Assembly: GCA_900317375.1 (NCBI GenBank)
Contig: ONGJ01000002.1
Coordinates: forward strand, 78,841 to 142,840
DNA: 64,000 bases
Source: an uncultured Eubacteriales bacterium
GTDB taxonomy: Bacteria; Bacillota; Clostridia; Oscillospirales; Oscillospiraceae
Direction of reading: 5' to 3'
The position numbers and the translations under genes were made by a program. Shown here one piece after another: positions 17,017 through 25,450 of the stretch. The notes below the pieces were generated by a model. That model did not search any database, had not been told where the DNA came from, and saw only the letters and a program-made list of their open reading frames with translations. The first letter of the stretch is position 1, and each line of letters opens with the position of its first letter.

Positions 17017-17847
17017 TCAGAAGATCAGCGTCAGGATGATCGACAGTACGCCGATCACCAGGCTGTAGTAAGCCAGGCCTCTGTAGCCGCGTCTGCGCAC
17101 CAGACGGCGAAAGAGATAAACGCTGAAAAAGCCCGTCCCCAGTGCAGCCGCTCCTCCGGCAAAGTAGGCCGCCAGAAAAGCCGTGTCGATGCCCGCTACG
17201 GCGGCATCCGCCAGGCTCAGCACCGCCGAACCGAACAGGGCCGGGATCGCCAGCAGCATGCCGAAGCGAATGGCATAGCTTTTCTGAAAGTTCTCTGCCT
17301 CCGCGCAGGTCACCGTCAGGGCCAGTCTGCTTAGCCCCGGAATGACGGCTACCGCCTGACAGATGCCGATGAGCAGGGCATCGGTGATCTGCATTCTTCC
17401 GAGGCCTTTCTTCCCGGGGATCATTCTCTCGGCCACAAACAGGACCGCCCCGTTGAGGAGGAACATGGCGCCGACAAAGGTCGTGCTGGTCCAGAGTGAG
17501 AAGTACATTTTCCGAAACGGAACCATAAACAGCAGCGGGATCGTTGCCATCGCCAGCATGAACAACAGCCTTGCTTCAGGGAAGCGGTCGTCTTTCGACG
17601 CCGGTTTTCTGCTGAAGCCGGTCAGCATGGCCGTATCGCGGATCATGGCCGCGAGGTCCTTTCGGTAGGCAAGAATGATGGCTGTCATCGCGGCAAACTC
17701 GCAGATGGCCTTCAGCATCAGATGCATCTGGGTCAGGTGCAGGTCAAACAGTTTGTTCACCACGGCAAGATGCCCGCTGCCGGACAGTGCCAGCATCTCG
17801 GTCAGGGCATAGATAATACCGGCCGTGATGGCATTGGCGATCGACAT
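17017..17847 (-). CDS. uppP: undecaprenyl-diphosphate phosphatase
   Basis: 276 aa polytopic membrane protein. BacA motifs LSGSGHL near the N-terminus and IPGLSRLALT. Confidence 0.9.
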   Translation of the reverse strand: MSIANAITAGIIYALTEMLALSGSGHLAVVNKLFDLHLTQMHLMLKAICEFAAMTAIILAYRKDLAAMIRDTAMLTGFSRKPASKDDRFPEARLLFMLAMATIPLLFMVPFRKMYFSLWTSTTFVGAMFLLNGAVLFVAERMIPGKKGLGRMQITDALLIGICQAVAVIPGLSRLALTVTCAEAENFQKSYAIRFGMLLAIPALFGSAVLSLADAAVAGIDTAFLAAYFAGGAAALGTGFFSVYLFRRLVRRRGYRGLAYYSLVIGVLSIILTLIF

Positions 17848-17964
17848 GCTGTCACCTTCCCTTCCGCAAAATTACAGGATATTGTATCACAATCGGCCCG
17901 GAAATACAAGAGCGCATGCAGAGCGCCTCCGTGCCTGCATGCGCCGGGATCCTGTATTCTTCTT

Positions 17965-19509
17965 TCAGTCTTCCGCCTTTTTCGTTTTTCTTGTCTTCTT
18001 CGGCTCCTGCGCTTTCTCCGGTTCCGCTTTCTTTTCGGGTTCCTGCGGCTCTGCCGGTTTGTCCGTCTCTTCCGTCTCCTCTTCATCCCGGAGATCCTGC
18101 GGCTGCACCGTCACCAGGTCCTCCTTACTCGGGTTCTCCATGGCGGCCACGCGGTTGGACTGGCGCACGATCATGTCTTCAAAGCAGTTGCGGACATCGC
18201 GGCCGTTTCCGAAGTTCTCATCCCGCTCTTCATACAGCTGGGTAAACATTTTCAGGGCTTCCGCATCCGCTTCCGGCGTCAGCGTGTAGCTGTTCTTTCT
18301 GCACTGGATCCGGAAGATCTCCATCAGCTGTTCGCCGTTATAGTCCGGGAAGTAGAAATAGCGGTTAAACCGGCTTTCCAGACCCGGGTTCGAGGTGATG
18401 AAGCCTTCCATCGGTCCGGTGTAGCCGGCGACGATGACCACCAGGTCCTTCCGATGATCCTCCATGGCCTTCAGCAGGGTCTCGATCGCTTCGCGGCCGA
18501 AATCGTTCTCGCCGCCGGAGGAAAGCGAATAGGCCTCATCGATGAACAGGACACCGCCCAGCGCCGACTGGATGACCTCCTGCGTTTTCAGCGCCGTCTG
18601 GCCGACATAGCCGGCCACCAAGCCCGAACGGTCCACCTCGATCAGCTGCCCCTTGCTCAGCACGCCGATGGCCGCATACAGGCCGCTGACCAGCCGCGCC
18701 ACCGTCGTCTTGCCCGTGCCGGGGTTGCCGAGGAACACCATATGAAAGCTCATCGGCGGCACCGGCAGGTCATTCTCCTCACGCAGCTTGCGGACCTTGA
18801 CCAGGTTCATCAGGTTCTTGACCTCTTTTTTGACGGTTTCCAGACCGACGAGAGAGTTCAGCTCTTCCATCAGCTCGTCAAAGTTCGGCTTCTCGGGCTC
18901 TTTCTCCTCCGCCTTGGCGCTGCTCTTCTCGCCTCCGCCGGCAGGCTGTGCCTGCTGGGTATGTTTCTCGATGAAGCTCGGCTCGCCGCTGGTCACATAG
19001 TCCAGCGGGTTTAGGCTTTCTCGACCATCTTGAGATTTCCGCACCCCTGTTGTATCACAGATCGCCGTCAGCTTATCCGTGCACTCGGTGATATACTCCG
19101 CCTCGGCATAGGTGACATCGTCATCCACCGCCGCAAGGTACAGCAGGATGTTTGTCGTCATACGGATGAAGACCCGGGACGTATAATCCCCCCGCTTAGC
19201 GTCTGATTCAGCAAGATTCCAGAAAAAGACCGGCGGCAGGAACATCTCGTCATTGCAGACCGAGCTTGTCAGGTTCCAGAGCAGCCATTTCGGCTGCGGA
19301 CGGCCGCGGGAAAAGATCTGGTTTGCCATCGCGACATGTCGTTCTCCGATGCCGCCGGCACGGCTCCAGAGCTGCAGGGCACACTTGGTCATAAAGTCGT
19401 CCAGCTCCGGCGCCAGCGAGTTACTGCCACGTCGGTGATAAAAGGCATCGGTATTGGCCAGATAGATTTTGTGGAAGTCCTCGGGAGTGCGGTTCCAGGT
19501 AGTCGGCAT
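17965..19509 (-). CDS. AAA+ ATPase of the SpoVK/CbbX type with a ~230-aa N-terminal domain and a K/E-rich tail
   Basis: The long ORF 17965..20289 was trimmed to the ATG at 19509 (MPTTWNRTPEDF), which is preceded by GGAGG. The upstream part overlaps rsmE on the other strand. Motifs LVGLETVKKEV, Walker A GNPGTGKTT, Walker B VLFIDEAYSL. Confidence 0.85.
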   Translation of the reverse strand: MPTTWNRTPEDFHKIYLANTDAFYHRRGSNSLAPELDDFMTKCALQLWSRAGGIGERHVAMANQIFSRGRPQPKWLLWNLTSSVCNDEMFLPPVFFWNLAESDAKRGDYTSRVFIRMTTNILLYLAAVDDDVTYAEAEYITECTDKLTAICDTTGVRKSQDGRESLNPLDYVTSGEPSFIEKHTQQAQPAGGGEKSSAKAEEKEPEKPNFDELMEELNSLVGLETVKKEVKNLMNLVKVRKLREENDLPVPPMSFHMVFLGNPGTGKTTVARLVSGLYAAIGVLSKGQLIEVDRSGLVAGYVGQTALKTQEVIQSALGGVLFIDEAYSLSSGGENDFGREAIETLLKAMEDHRKDLVVIVAGYTGPMEGFITSNPGLESRFNRYFYFPDYNGEQLMEIFRIQCRKNSYTLTPEADAEALKMFTQLYEERDENFGNGRDVRNCFEDMIVRQSNRVAAMENPSKEDLVTVQPQDLRDEEETEETDKPAEPQEPEKKAEPEKAQEPKKTRKTKKAED

Positions 19510-19647
19510 GATATCTTGCCTCCGTTTTCCTTGTGTTTTTGTTGTATTTCTATTATATGCCAGCTCCTGCCTCCCGTCAAGAAAGGAACTTGCAAAGCAA
19601 TGGAAAATGTGCCATAATACCAAAGCAGAAGAAGGGGGGCGAACCGC

Positions 19648-20382
19648 ATGGCGCGTTTTTTCATGGCGGGCACGAATCTTTTCGGCAGTCCGACGGCCAT
19701 CATCCGCGGCCGGGATGCCGAGCATATTCATGTTCTGCGCATTCGTCCGGGCGAGGATGTCGTCATCTGTGACACCGAGGGCAGCGATTATAAATGCCGT
19801 CTGGTCCGTTCGGATAAGGAAGAGGCCGAGCTCGAGGTTCTTGAGGTCGTTCCCTGCAAGGGGGAGCCTTCCGTCGCGGTCACCGTGCTCTGCGGCCTTC
19901 CGAAGGGCGACCGCGTGGACTACATCATTCAGAAATCCGTGGAAGCCGGTGCGCATGATATTGTTTTCTTTCTCTCCTCCCGCTGTGTCGCCAGGCCCAG
20001 CGACCCCTATAAAAAGCTGGAGCGTTGGAACCGGATCAGCGAGGAGGCCGCCAAGCAGTCCGGGCGCGGCATCATCCCCTCTGTGACCTGGGCCGAGGAT
20101 TACGGTGAGGTGCTGAACACGGCCGTTCATACCGACCTTCCTCTTTTCATGTATGAAACCGGAGAGCGAGAAGCGCTGAGCAGCGTGCTGGAGGCACGGA
20201 AGGACATCCGCACCGCTGCTGTCATCACCGGTCCGGAGGGCGGCTTTGAGGCCTTTGAAGCCGACCTTGCCCGCATTGCCGGTCTTCACATCTGCTCCAT
20301 GGGCGAGCGCATTCTCCGCTGTGAGACAGCACCTGTCGTGGCTGTGACCGCGCTCATGTACGCCACCGGCAACCTGAGCTGA
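19648..20382 (+). CDS. rsmE: 16S rRNA (uracil1498-N3)-methyltransferase RsmE
   Basis: 244 aa. MARFF start, PUA-like N-terminus, SPOUT C-terminus with GPEGGF...E and ILRCETA. Confidence 0.9.
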   Translation: MARFFMAGTNLFGSPTAIIRGRDAEHIHVLRIRPGEDVVICDTEGSDYKCRLVRSDKEEAELEVLEVVPCKGEPSVAVTVLCGLPKGDRVDYIIQKSVEAGAHDIVFFLSSRCVARPSDPYKKLERWNRISEEAAKQSGRGIIPSVTWAEDYGEVLNTAVHTDLPLFMYETGEREALSSVLEARKDIRTAAVITGPEGGFEAFEADLARIAGLHICSMGERILRCETAPVVAVTALMYATGNLS

Positions 20383-20418
20383 CGCCCTCCGCGCACTGTT
20401 TCCGATATGTAAACACTT

Positions 20419-20452
20419 GGAACCGGGACTTGTAAATCCCGGTTCCTTATGT
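20419..20452 (+). terminator. rsmE terminator hairpin
   Basis: GGAACCGGGA-cttgtaaa-TCCCGGTTCC (10-bp stem) followed by TTATGTT. Confidence 0.5.
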
Positions 20453-20458
20453 TAGAAT
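20430..20458 (+). promoter_or_regulatory. putative sigma-A promoter of rodA (overlaps the rsmE terminator)
   Basis: TTGTAA (20430-35), 17 nt spacer, TAGAAT (20453-58). Confidence 0.4.
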
Positions 20459-20537
20459 GTCTTGCTTTCAGGGAAAGCATCGATCTGACAGGGAAAGGCG
20501 GTGATGTCATCTGAAGAGACTGAAAATCTATACCAAG

Positions 20538-21659
20538 ATGTTCTTTGAACGTGCAGATATCTTTCTCCTTGTCATGTGCCTGATCTGTTCTCTGTTTGGG
20601 ATCTATATGGTGCGCATCGCCACGATTGCCATGGAGGCCTCCGGCTGGGTCGACAGCTCGGTCAAATGCGTTATTGTTCAGGTCTTTTCCCTGTTTCTCG
20701 GTCTGGCCGCCTTTGTTGTGCTCACCTTCATCGATGCCGACCTGCTGGGCGAGCAGTGGAAGCTGCTCTGCGTCATCAACATTCTCCTTCTGGTCGCCCT
20801 GGTCATCTTCGGTCAGGACAGCGGCACCGGCAACAAGAGCTGGATTCGCTTTGCCGGCATCGGCGTTCAGCCCTCTGAGATCATCAAGGTCATCTACATC
20901 ATTGTCTCTGCCAAGCAGATGACCTGGCTGAAGGAATACCGCGACATCAACTCTGTCGTCTCTGTCGCGGAGATGGCCGGTCACTTTGTCATCATCTTCG
21001 GTCTGATCGTGGTTGTCTCCTCCGACCTCGGAAGCGCCGCCATCATCCTTTTGATCTTCCTCTCGATGTTTTTTGCCATCGGGGTCCGCATGTACTGGTT
21101 TGCCCTGGGCGGCGCCGCCGTTGCCGCGGCCATTCCCCTGCTCTGGACTTACTTTCTGAAGGACTATCAGAAGAAGCGCCTGATCGCGCCCTATGATCCT
21201 TCCATCGACCCGGACGGCTGGGGCATCACCTGGCAGACGACCCAGAGCAAGCTGACGCTGGCCTCGGGCAGGCTGACCGGGGTGGATGCGGAGCACCGAG
21301 CCACCGTTTTTACCGGAAAGCACACCGACTTTATCTTCTCCTGCGTGGGGGAAGAGTTCGGCATGATCGGCTGCATCATCGTCATCGTTCTGCTGCTGAT
21401 CATCATGGTGCACATTGTCCGCGTCGGTCTGAAGGCCGGCCGTACCTTTGATATGCTGATCTGCATCGGTGTCGGCTCTGCGGTTGCCTTCCAGACCTTT
21501 ATCAACATCGGCATGTGCATCGGCATTACCCCCGTCATCGGCATTACGCTCCCCTTTTTCAGCTATGGGGGCTCGTCGATGGTGACGATGTTTGCCGCCA
21601 TGGGCCTCGTCTCCGGTGTCAAATTCAAGCTCAAGCCTGAGCTTTTCTCCATCCACTGA
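20538..21659 (+). CDS. rodA: SEDS family peptidoglycan glycosyltransferase (RodA/FtsW/SpoVE)
   Basis: 373 aa with ~10 TM segments. Conserved IQPSEIIKV, TDFIFSCVGEEFG and PFFSYGGSSM. Confidence 0.92.
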   Translation: MFFERADIFLLVMCLICSLFGIYMVRIATIAMEASGWVDSSVKCVIVQVFSLFLGLAAFVVLTFIDADLLGEQWKLLCVINILLLVALVIFGQDSGTGNKSWIRFAGIGVQPSEIIKVIYIIVSAKQMTWLKEYRDINSVVSVAEMAGHFVIIFGLIVVVSSDLGSAAIILLIFLSMFFAIGVRMYWFALGGAAVAAAIPLLWTYFLKDYQKKRLIAPYDPSIDPDGWGITWQTTQSKLTLASGRLTGVDAEHRATVFTGKHTDFIFSCVGEEFGMIGCIIVIVLLLIIMVHIVRVGLKAGRTFDMLICIGVGSAVAFQTFINIGMCIGITPVIGITLPFFSYGGSSMVTMFAAMGLVSGVKFKLKPELFSIH

Positions 21660-21664
21660 TCATC

Positions 21665-21697
21665 ACAGCCGCCGGGAAACCGGCGGCTGTTCCTTTT
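21665..21697 (+). terminator. rodA intrinsic terminator
   Basis: ACAGCCGCCGG-GAAA-CCGGCGGCTGT (11-bp stem, GNRA loop) followed by TCCTTTT. Confidence 0.65.
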
Positions 21698-21702
21698 GGA
21701 AG

Positions 21703-21734
21703 ACAAAGAAAATACCCGCTTCGAATGAAGCGGG
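21703..21734 (-). terminator. intrinsic terminator oriented for the minus strand (3' end of the candidate sRNA)
   Basis: Minus strand CCCGCTTC-attc-GAAGCGGG followed by TATTTTCTTTG. The plus-strand side has no U tract. Confidence 0.6.
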
Positions 21735-21969
21735 AATATCAGTTGTACAATATGGTGCCATTGTACATTTGCATCAGATTCACGATGTCGCGATCATCGC
21801 GGTCTGTGCGAAGTCGGTTTTCAGTCCTCTGACAAAAGTGGGAATTGCTAGAGGACTGTTGCTGCCCGAACAGCATACCGGAATTTGGCCCCGGCGGCCT
21901 GCAAGTCAATTTACCTCGCAATTTCGGGTTAAGATGCCGACACATCAAGGGGTGACGCCCCTCATCGCA
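21705..21969 (-). ncRNA. candidate stand-alone structured sRNA (~265 nt), family not recognised
   Basis: Bounded by a near-consensus promoter (21976-22004) and a terminator (21703-21734) in a 520-nt gap between convergent/divergent genes. Internal stems: GGGG/CCCC (21949-61), a 9-bp stem 21822-30/21850-58 and an 8-bp stem 21744-51/21760-67. No SD-preceded ORF. Confidence 0.45.
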
Positions 21970-21975
21970 AGAGGT

Positions 21976-22004
21976 AATATAGCACATTATGTGAACCGTG
22001 TCAA
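21976..22004 (-). promoter_or_regulatory. near-consensus sigma-A promoter with extended -10
   Basis: Minus strand TTGACA (22004-21999), 17 nt spacer, TGc-TATATT (-10 at 21981-21976). Confidence 0.6.
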
Positions 22005-22182
22005 GCATTATTACTACATTTCACAATTTATTCATAATTGATTTATCTATTTTGCTGAAACCCGCCCTCGTCTGCCGTCTTTCACCGTCTTTTTCTCCGT
22101 CATATCACGGCTGAGGCCTCTTGACTTTTTCATCCCAAAAAGGCATAATGGCGCTGTTATCAAACAGGAAAGCTGGTTTGTC

Positions 22183-22635
22183 ATGAATGAAAAAGCCGAG
22201 CTCTGGCGCTCGCTGAAGTTTCTGTTCTTTTCCGTCTCGGCCGGGATCATCGAAATTGCCGCATTTGCGCTTTTGAATGAGACGCTCGGCTGGCCGTACT
22301 GGCCCTGCTATCTGATTGCCCTGGTTCTGTCGGTCCTCTGGAACTTTACGCTGAACCGCCGCTATACCTTCCGCTCGGCAAACAATGTCCCCGTGGCCAT
22401 GGCAAAGGTCTTTCTCTTCTATCTGATCTTCACCCCGGCCAGCACGCTGCTCGGCAACTGGCTGGCTGAAGGGCTTGGATGGAACGAGTACCTGGTTACG
22501 GGGATCAACATGGTGCTGAACTTTGTCCTGGAATTTCTCTATGACCGCTTCTTCGTGTTCGGAGACAGCCTGGACACCAACAGCCTCGCAAAAAAGGAAG
22601 CTGCCCAAAAGACGAAAAAAAAGACCGCTGGCTGA
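22183..22635 (+). CDS. GtrA family membrane protein
   Basis: 150 aa with 4 TM. KFLFFSVSAGIIEIAAFALL...WNFTLNRRYTF is typical of GtrA-like proteins. Confidence 0.85.
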   Translation: MNEKAELWRSLKFLFFSVSAGIIEIAAFALLNETLGWPYWPCYLIALVLSVLWNFTLNRRYTFRSANNVPVAMAKVFLFYLIFTPASTLLGNWLAEGLGWNEYLVTGINMVLNFVLEFLYDRFFVFGDSLDTNSLAKKEAAQKTKKKTAG

Positions 22636-22653
22636 AGAGCCAGCGGTTTTTTT
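22624..22653. terminator. intrinsic terminator shared by gtrA-like (+) and the hexokinase operon (-)
   Basis: ACCGCTGGCT-GAAG-AGCCAGCGGT (10-bp stem) followed by TTTTTTT, with AAAAAAAAG upstream. Confidence 0.75.
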
Positions 22654-23921
22654 CAGTGCAGATTCAAAAGCGCAGCTGCTGCCGCACCGGGAAGCGTGGT
22701 ATCCTCCTCAATGATCAGGCGGACGTCACGCCCGAGCTCCTCCTGCAGGTGCTGCTTCATCAGGCGCTTCAGCTCCGGCGCATACAGATGGCTGTACTGA
22801 ACCAGCGAGCCTTCCGCGAACACTGCCGTGGTGCCTTTCTTCCCGGCATCGGTCAATTCCGCCATGGCAGTCAGGTTGGCGCACATCAGCAGGGCGGAGC
22901 GCCGGAAGAGAAGGCCTGCAAGCTCCTGGATGAACGCGGCATCATCCGCGTTATCTGTCAGGGCATTGATCCCCTCGCCGCAGGAAAAAGCATCCGCCTG
23001 CGCCGAATTCAGTGTCTTCAGTGCACGGATCTTTTTACCGCATTCTCTGCTCAGCAGGCCGTCTTCCGCTGCGCGTACAAGCGCCAGATGACAGAGTTCA
23101 CCCAGGTAGACGCCTGCTGTCATTTTTTCCAGGTGCTTCTTCCCCGGGTTGTGGCTCATCTCATCCAGCTGGCGATCAAACAGGCCCTGTTCGAGGCCTT
23201 CGTAGCTGCCGCATTCAAAGTTGACGATCATATCGAATGCGTTTTTGATTTTTTCGATCTTCTTCCCCGGTACGGCAGCGCAGGTATTCGTGCCCGTCCC
23301 GCTGACCTGGCCAAAGCAGCTGGCGAAACCATCGTTCAGATGCTTTGCCATACCGCCGAGCTGAACCGCCGCCGTATCGTTGATGATGACCGCCCGTTTC
23401 CCGGCGTATCCCCGGCGTTCCAGCTCCGCGCAGAGGTTTCTGCCGACCAGTCTGCCTTCACAGCCGGTGATGACGACCTCTTTGTCAATCTCATTGACGC
23501 GGCCGTCTACCTCCGGGGTGATATCGGCGGAATAGGAAAAACAGAATCCGATTTTATCCGCCTTTTTCATAAAAGGCTCAACGGCGTCCGCAACAAAGGA
23601 AATGAAGTCTTCCCAGGTTGCCGGCTTCCCGATGCCGGGCATGCCGATTTTTTTTACCTTCTCAATGACGCAGAACCCGCTTTCAAAGTGGGCAAGCGCA
23701 CTGCGGAAGTTGGTGCCGCCAGCGTCGATCACGGCGACATACTCCCCGTCCGGAACCTGACCGGAGGTTTTCAGATAGGTCGGAATCATCGGATACGAGC
23801 TGTGTTCACCCTTCAGTCCGCGTTCCATGTCGCTGCGCATCTGTGATACGCAGTTCCGAAAATCGAAGGACGGAGAAATCATCCCATACTGGACGAAAAA
23901 CGCCTCAGCTGACTGTATCAT
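22653..23921 (-). CDS. hexokinase family sugar kinase
   Basis: 422 aa. Phosphate-1 motif VIDAGGTNFR (cf. hexokinase DLGGTNFR), sugar-binding region FCFSYS, and GTGTN. ATGA overlap with the upstream SPFH gene. Confidence 0.8.
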   Translation of the reverse strand: MIQSAEAFFVQYGMISPSFDFRNCVSQMRSDMERGLKGEHSSYPMIPTYLKTSGQVPDGEYVAVIDAGGTNFRSALAHFESGFCVIEKVKKIGMPGIGKPATWEDFISFVADAVEPFMKKADKIGFCFSYSADITPEVDGRVNEIDKEVVITGCEGRLVGRNLCAELERRGYAGKRAVIINDTAAVQLGGMAKHLNDGFASCFGQVSGTGTNTCAAVPGKKIEKIKNAFDMIVNFECGSYEGLEQGLFDRQLDEMSHNPGKKHLEKMTAGVYLGELCHLALVRAAEDGLLSRECGKKIRALKTLNSAQADAFSCGEGINALTDNADDAAFIQELAGLLFRRSALLMCANLTAMAELTDAGKKGTTAVFAEGSLVQYSHLYAPELKRLMKQHLQEELGRDVRLIIEEDTTLPGAAAAALLNLH

Positions 23922-24820
23922 GCTTCTGTCTTTTCCTCTTTCACGCCTTCAATAACGCCTGCAGCCAGGCCGGCCAGACCCTGAATCTCGCTCGGAATGA
24001 TGATCTTCGTAGCCTTTCCGTTAGCCGCATTGGCAAATGCCTCCAGGGCTTTGATCCGCAGGACAGCCTCAGACGGGGTCGCCTCGTTGATCAGGCGAAT
24101 GCCTTCCGCCGTCGCAGTCTGGACTTTCAGGATTGCCTCGGCCTGTCCTTCGGCTTCCAGAATCTGCTGCTGCTTCTTGGCGTCGGCACGCAGGATGGCG
24201 GACTCCTTCTCGCCTTCTGCTTCCAGGATGGCAGCGCGCTTTTCGCCCTCTGCCTTCAGAATGGCTTCACGGCGTTCACGCTCGGCCTTCATCTGCTTCT
24301 CCATCGCGTTCTGAATCTCTTTCGGCGGAAGAATATTCTTCAGTTCCACGCGGTTGACCTTGATCCCCCAGGGATCTGTGGCTTCGTCCAGGATGGAGCG
24401 CATCTGGGTGTTGATGATGTCGCGGCTCGTCAGGCACTGGTCCAGCTCAAGATCGCCGATGATGTTACGCAGGGTGGTCGCGGCAAGATTCTCAATGGCA
24501 ACCATCGGCTGTTCAATGCCGTAGGTGTAGAGCTTCGGATCGGTAATCTGGAAATAGACGACCGTATCGATCTGCATCGTTACGTTATCCTTGGTGATAA
24601 CCGGCTGGGGCGGAAAATCAGCCACCTGTTCCTTCAGAGTGACAATTTTGGCAACCCGCTCTATAAACGGAACCTTGAAATGGATACCCACATTCCATGT
24701 GGTCTTGTAGGCGCCGAGACGCTCGACCACATAGGCCTTCGCCTGCTGGACAATTCGGATATTCCGAACCAGAATCAGAACCAGCAGCAGAATCAATACC
24801 AGAATAACAATACCATTCAT
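23918..24820 (-). CDS. SPFH/Band 7 (stomatin-like) membrane protein
   Basis: 300 aa. N-terminal TM, then VQQAKAYVVERLGAY..., the SPFH core, and an A/E-rich coiled coil (EAILKAEGEKRAAILEAEGEKESAILRA). Confidence 0.9.
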   Translation of the reverse strand: MNGIVILVLILLLVLILVRNIRIVQQAKAYVVERLGAYKTTWNVGIHFKVPFIERVAKIVTLKEQVADFPPQPVITKDNVTMQIDTVVYFQITDPKLYTYGIEQPMVAIENLAATTLRNIIGDLELDQCLTSRDIINTQMRSILDEATDPWGIKVNRVELKNILPPKEIQNAMEKQMKAERERREAILKAEGEKRAAILEAEGEKESAILRADAKKQQQILEAEGQAEAILKVQTATAEGIRLINEATPSEAVLRIKALEAFANAANGKATKIIIPSEIQGLAGLAAGVIEGVKEEKTEA

Positions 24821-24849
24821 CGCGTTTCCTCCTGTTTGATTTGTTTATC

Positions 24850-25305
24850 TCAGGTTTTTATTCTTTCTGTGATCAGTTTTACCCCTTCAATCTGAAGGAT
24901 ACGTACCGTCTCGCCGACTTCCGCGCCGGCATTCTCGTCGGCCATGCGTGCCGTCCAGATCTTTCCGTCCAGGCGCACAGCCCCCTTCTCCTGCAGATTG
25001 TCGATCGCTTCGGTCACCACGGCTTCCTTCCCGATGACCATATCCGCATTGGTCGGGGTGACCCGGTTGTTCACATACTTCTTGACGAAGGGTCTCGTCA
25101 GCAGCAGCGTCAGGATGGACACCACCAGGAACCATACCACCTGCAGCCAGAACGGAGCGTGAAACAGCGCCGCAACCAGCGCCGCAAGCGCACCGAGAGC
25201 AAACCAGATGGAGATCAGCCCGGGAACCACAGCCTCGATGATCAGCAGTACGATCATGGCAATCAGCCAGAGAACAGACAGCTGAGCGTCTCCGCCCATC
25301 ATCAT
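24850..25305 (-). CDS. NfeD family membrane protein
   Basis: 151 aa. Three TM segments followed by a C-terminal OB-like domain (GAVRLDGKIWTAR). Directly upstream of the SPFH gene, the canonical NfeD-SPFH pairing. Confidence 0.85.
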   Translation of the reverse strand: MMMGGDAQLSVLWLIAMIVLLIIEAVVPGLISIWFALGALAALVAALFHAPFWLQVVWFLVVSILTLLLTRPFVKKYVNNRVTPTNADMVIGKEAVVTEAIDNLQEKGAVRLDGKIWTARMADENAGAEVGETVRILQIEGVKLITERIKT

Positions 25306-25383
25306 AACGCATTCCTCCTCTCAGGGTTTTTCTTTTGGTTATGATATCATAACATGCCTCGAAAAACAAGGGAGAAGTATGAA

Positions 25384-25413
25384 CCCCCGCTGTCTTTCAG
25401 CAGACAGCGGGGG
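25384..25413 (-). terminator. hairpin downstream of the LysM gene
   Basis: CCCCCGCTGTCT-6 nt-AGACAGCGGGGG (12-bp stem); the U tract on the minus strand is weak. Confidence 0.45.
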
Positions 25414-25450
25414 CTGATTGCTCACGAGTTCAGGAATGTTTCCCTGATTG

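Noticed and set aside
17965-20289. Reading the whole 774-aa ORF as one gene
   Set aside because: The first 260 codons overlap rsmE on the opposite strand and look non-protein-like. An internal ATG at 19509 with a GGAGG RBS gives a coherent 515-aa AAA+ protein.
5545-21656. Other long antisense ORFs in this stretch (5545..7053, 12359..13897, 15385..16962, 17722..19014, 20286..21656)
   Set aside because: All are mirror images of confidently assigned genes (TlpA-like, rqcH, ftsK, AAA+, rodA). Their translations are low-complexity and lack start-site signals.
21705-21969. Identifying the orphan RNA as RNase P RNA, tmRNA, SRP RNA or a T-box leader
   Set aside because: It lacks GAGGAAAGTCC (RNase P), a tRNA-like CCA end or tag ORF (tmRNA), and GUCAGGUCCGGAAGGAAGCAGC (SRP domain IV). 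TGGCACC only loosely resembles the T-box GGTGGTACC, and there is no downstream gene to regulate. 6S RNA or another known family cannot be excluded without a covariance-model scan.
21739-22008. 89-aa minus-strand ORF inside the sRNA candidate
   Set aside because: Its ATG overlaps the -35 box, so it would not be on the transcript. The internal ATGs lack a Shine-Dalgarno, and the sequence is Cys/Arg/Asn-rich with no homology features.
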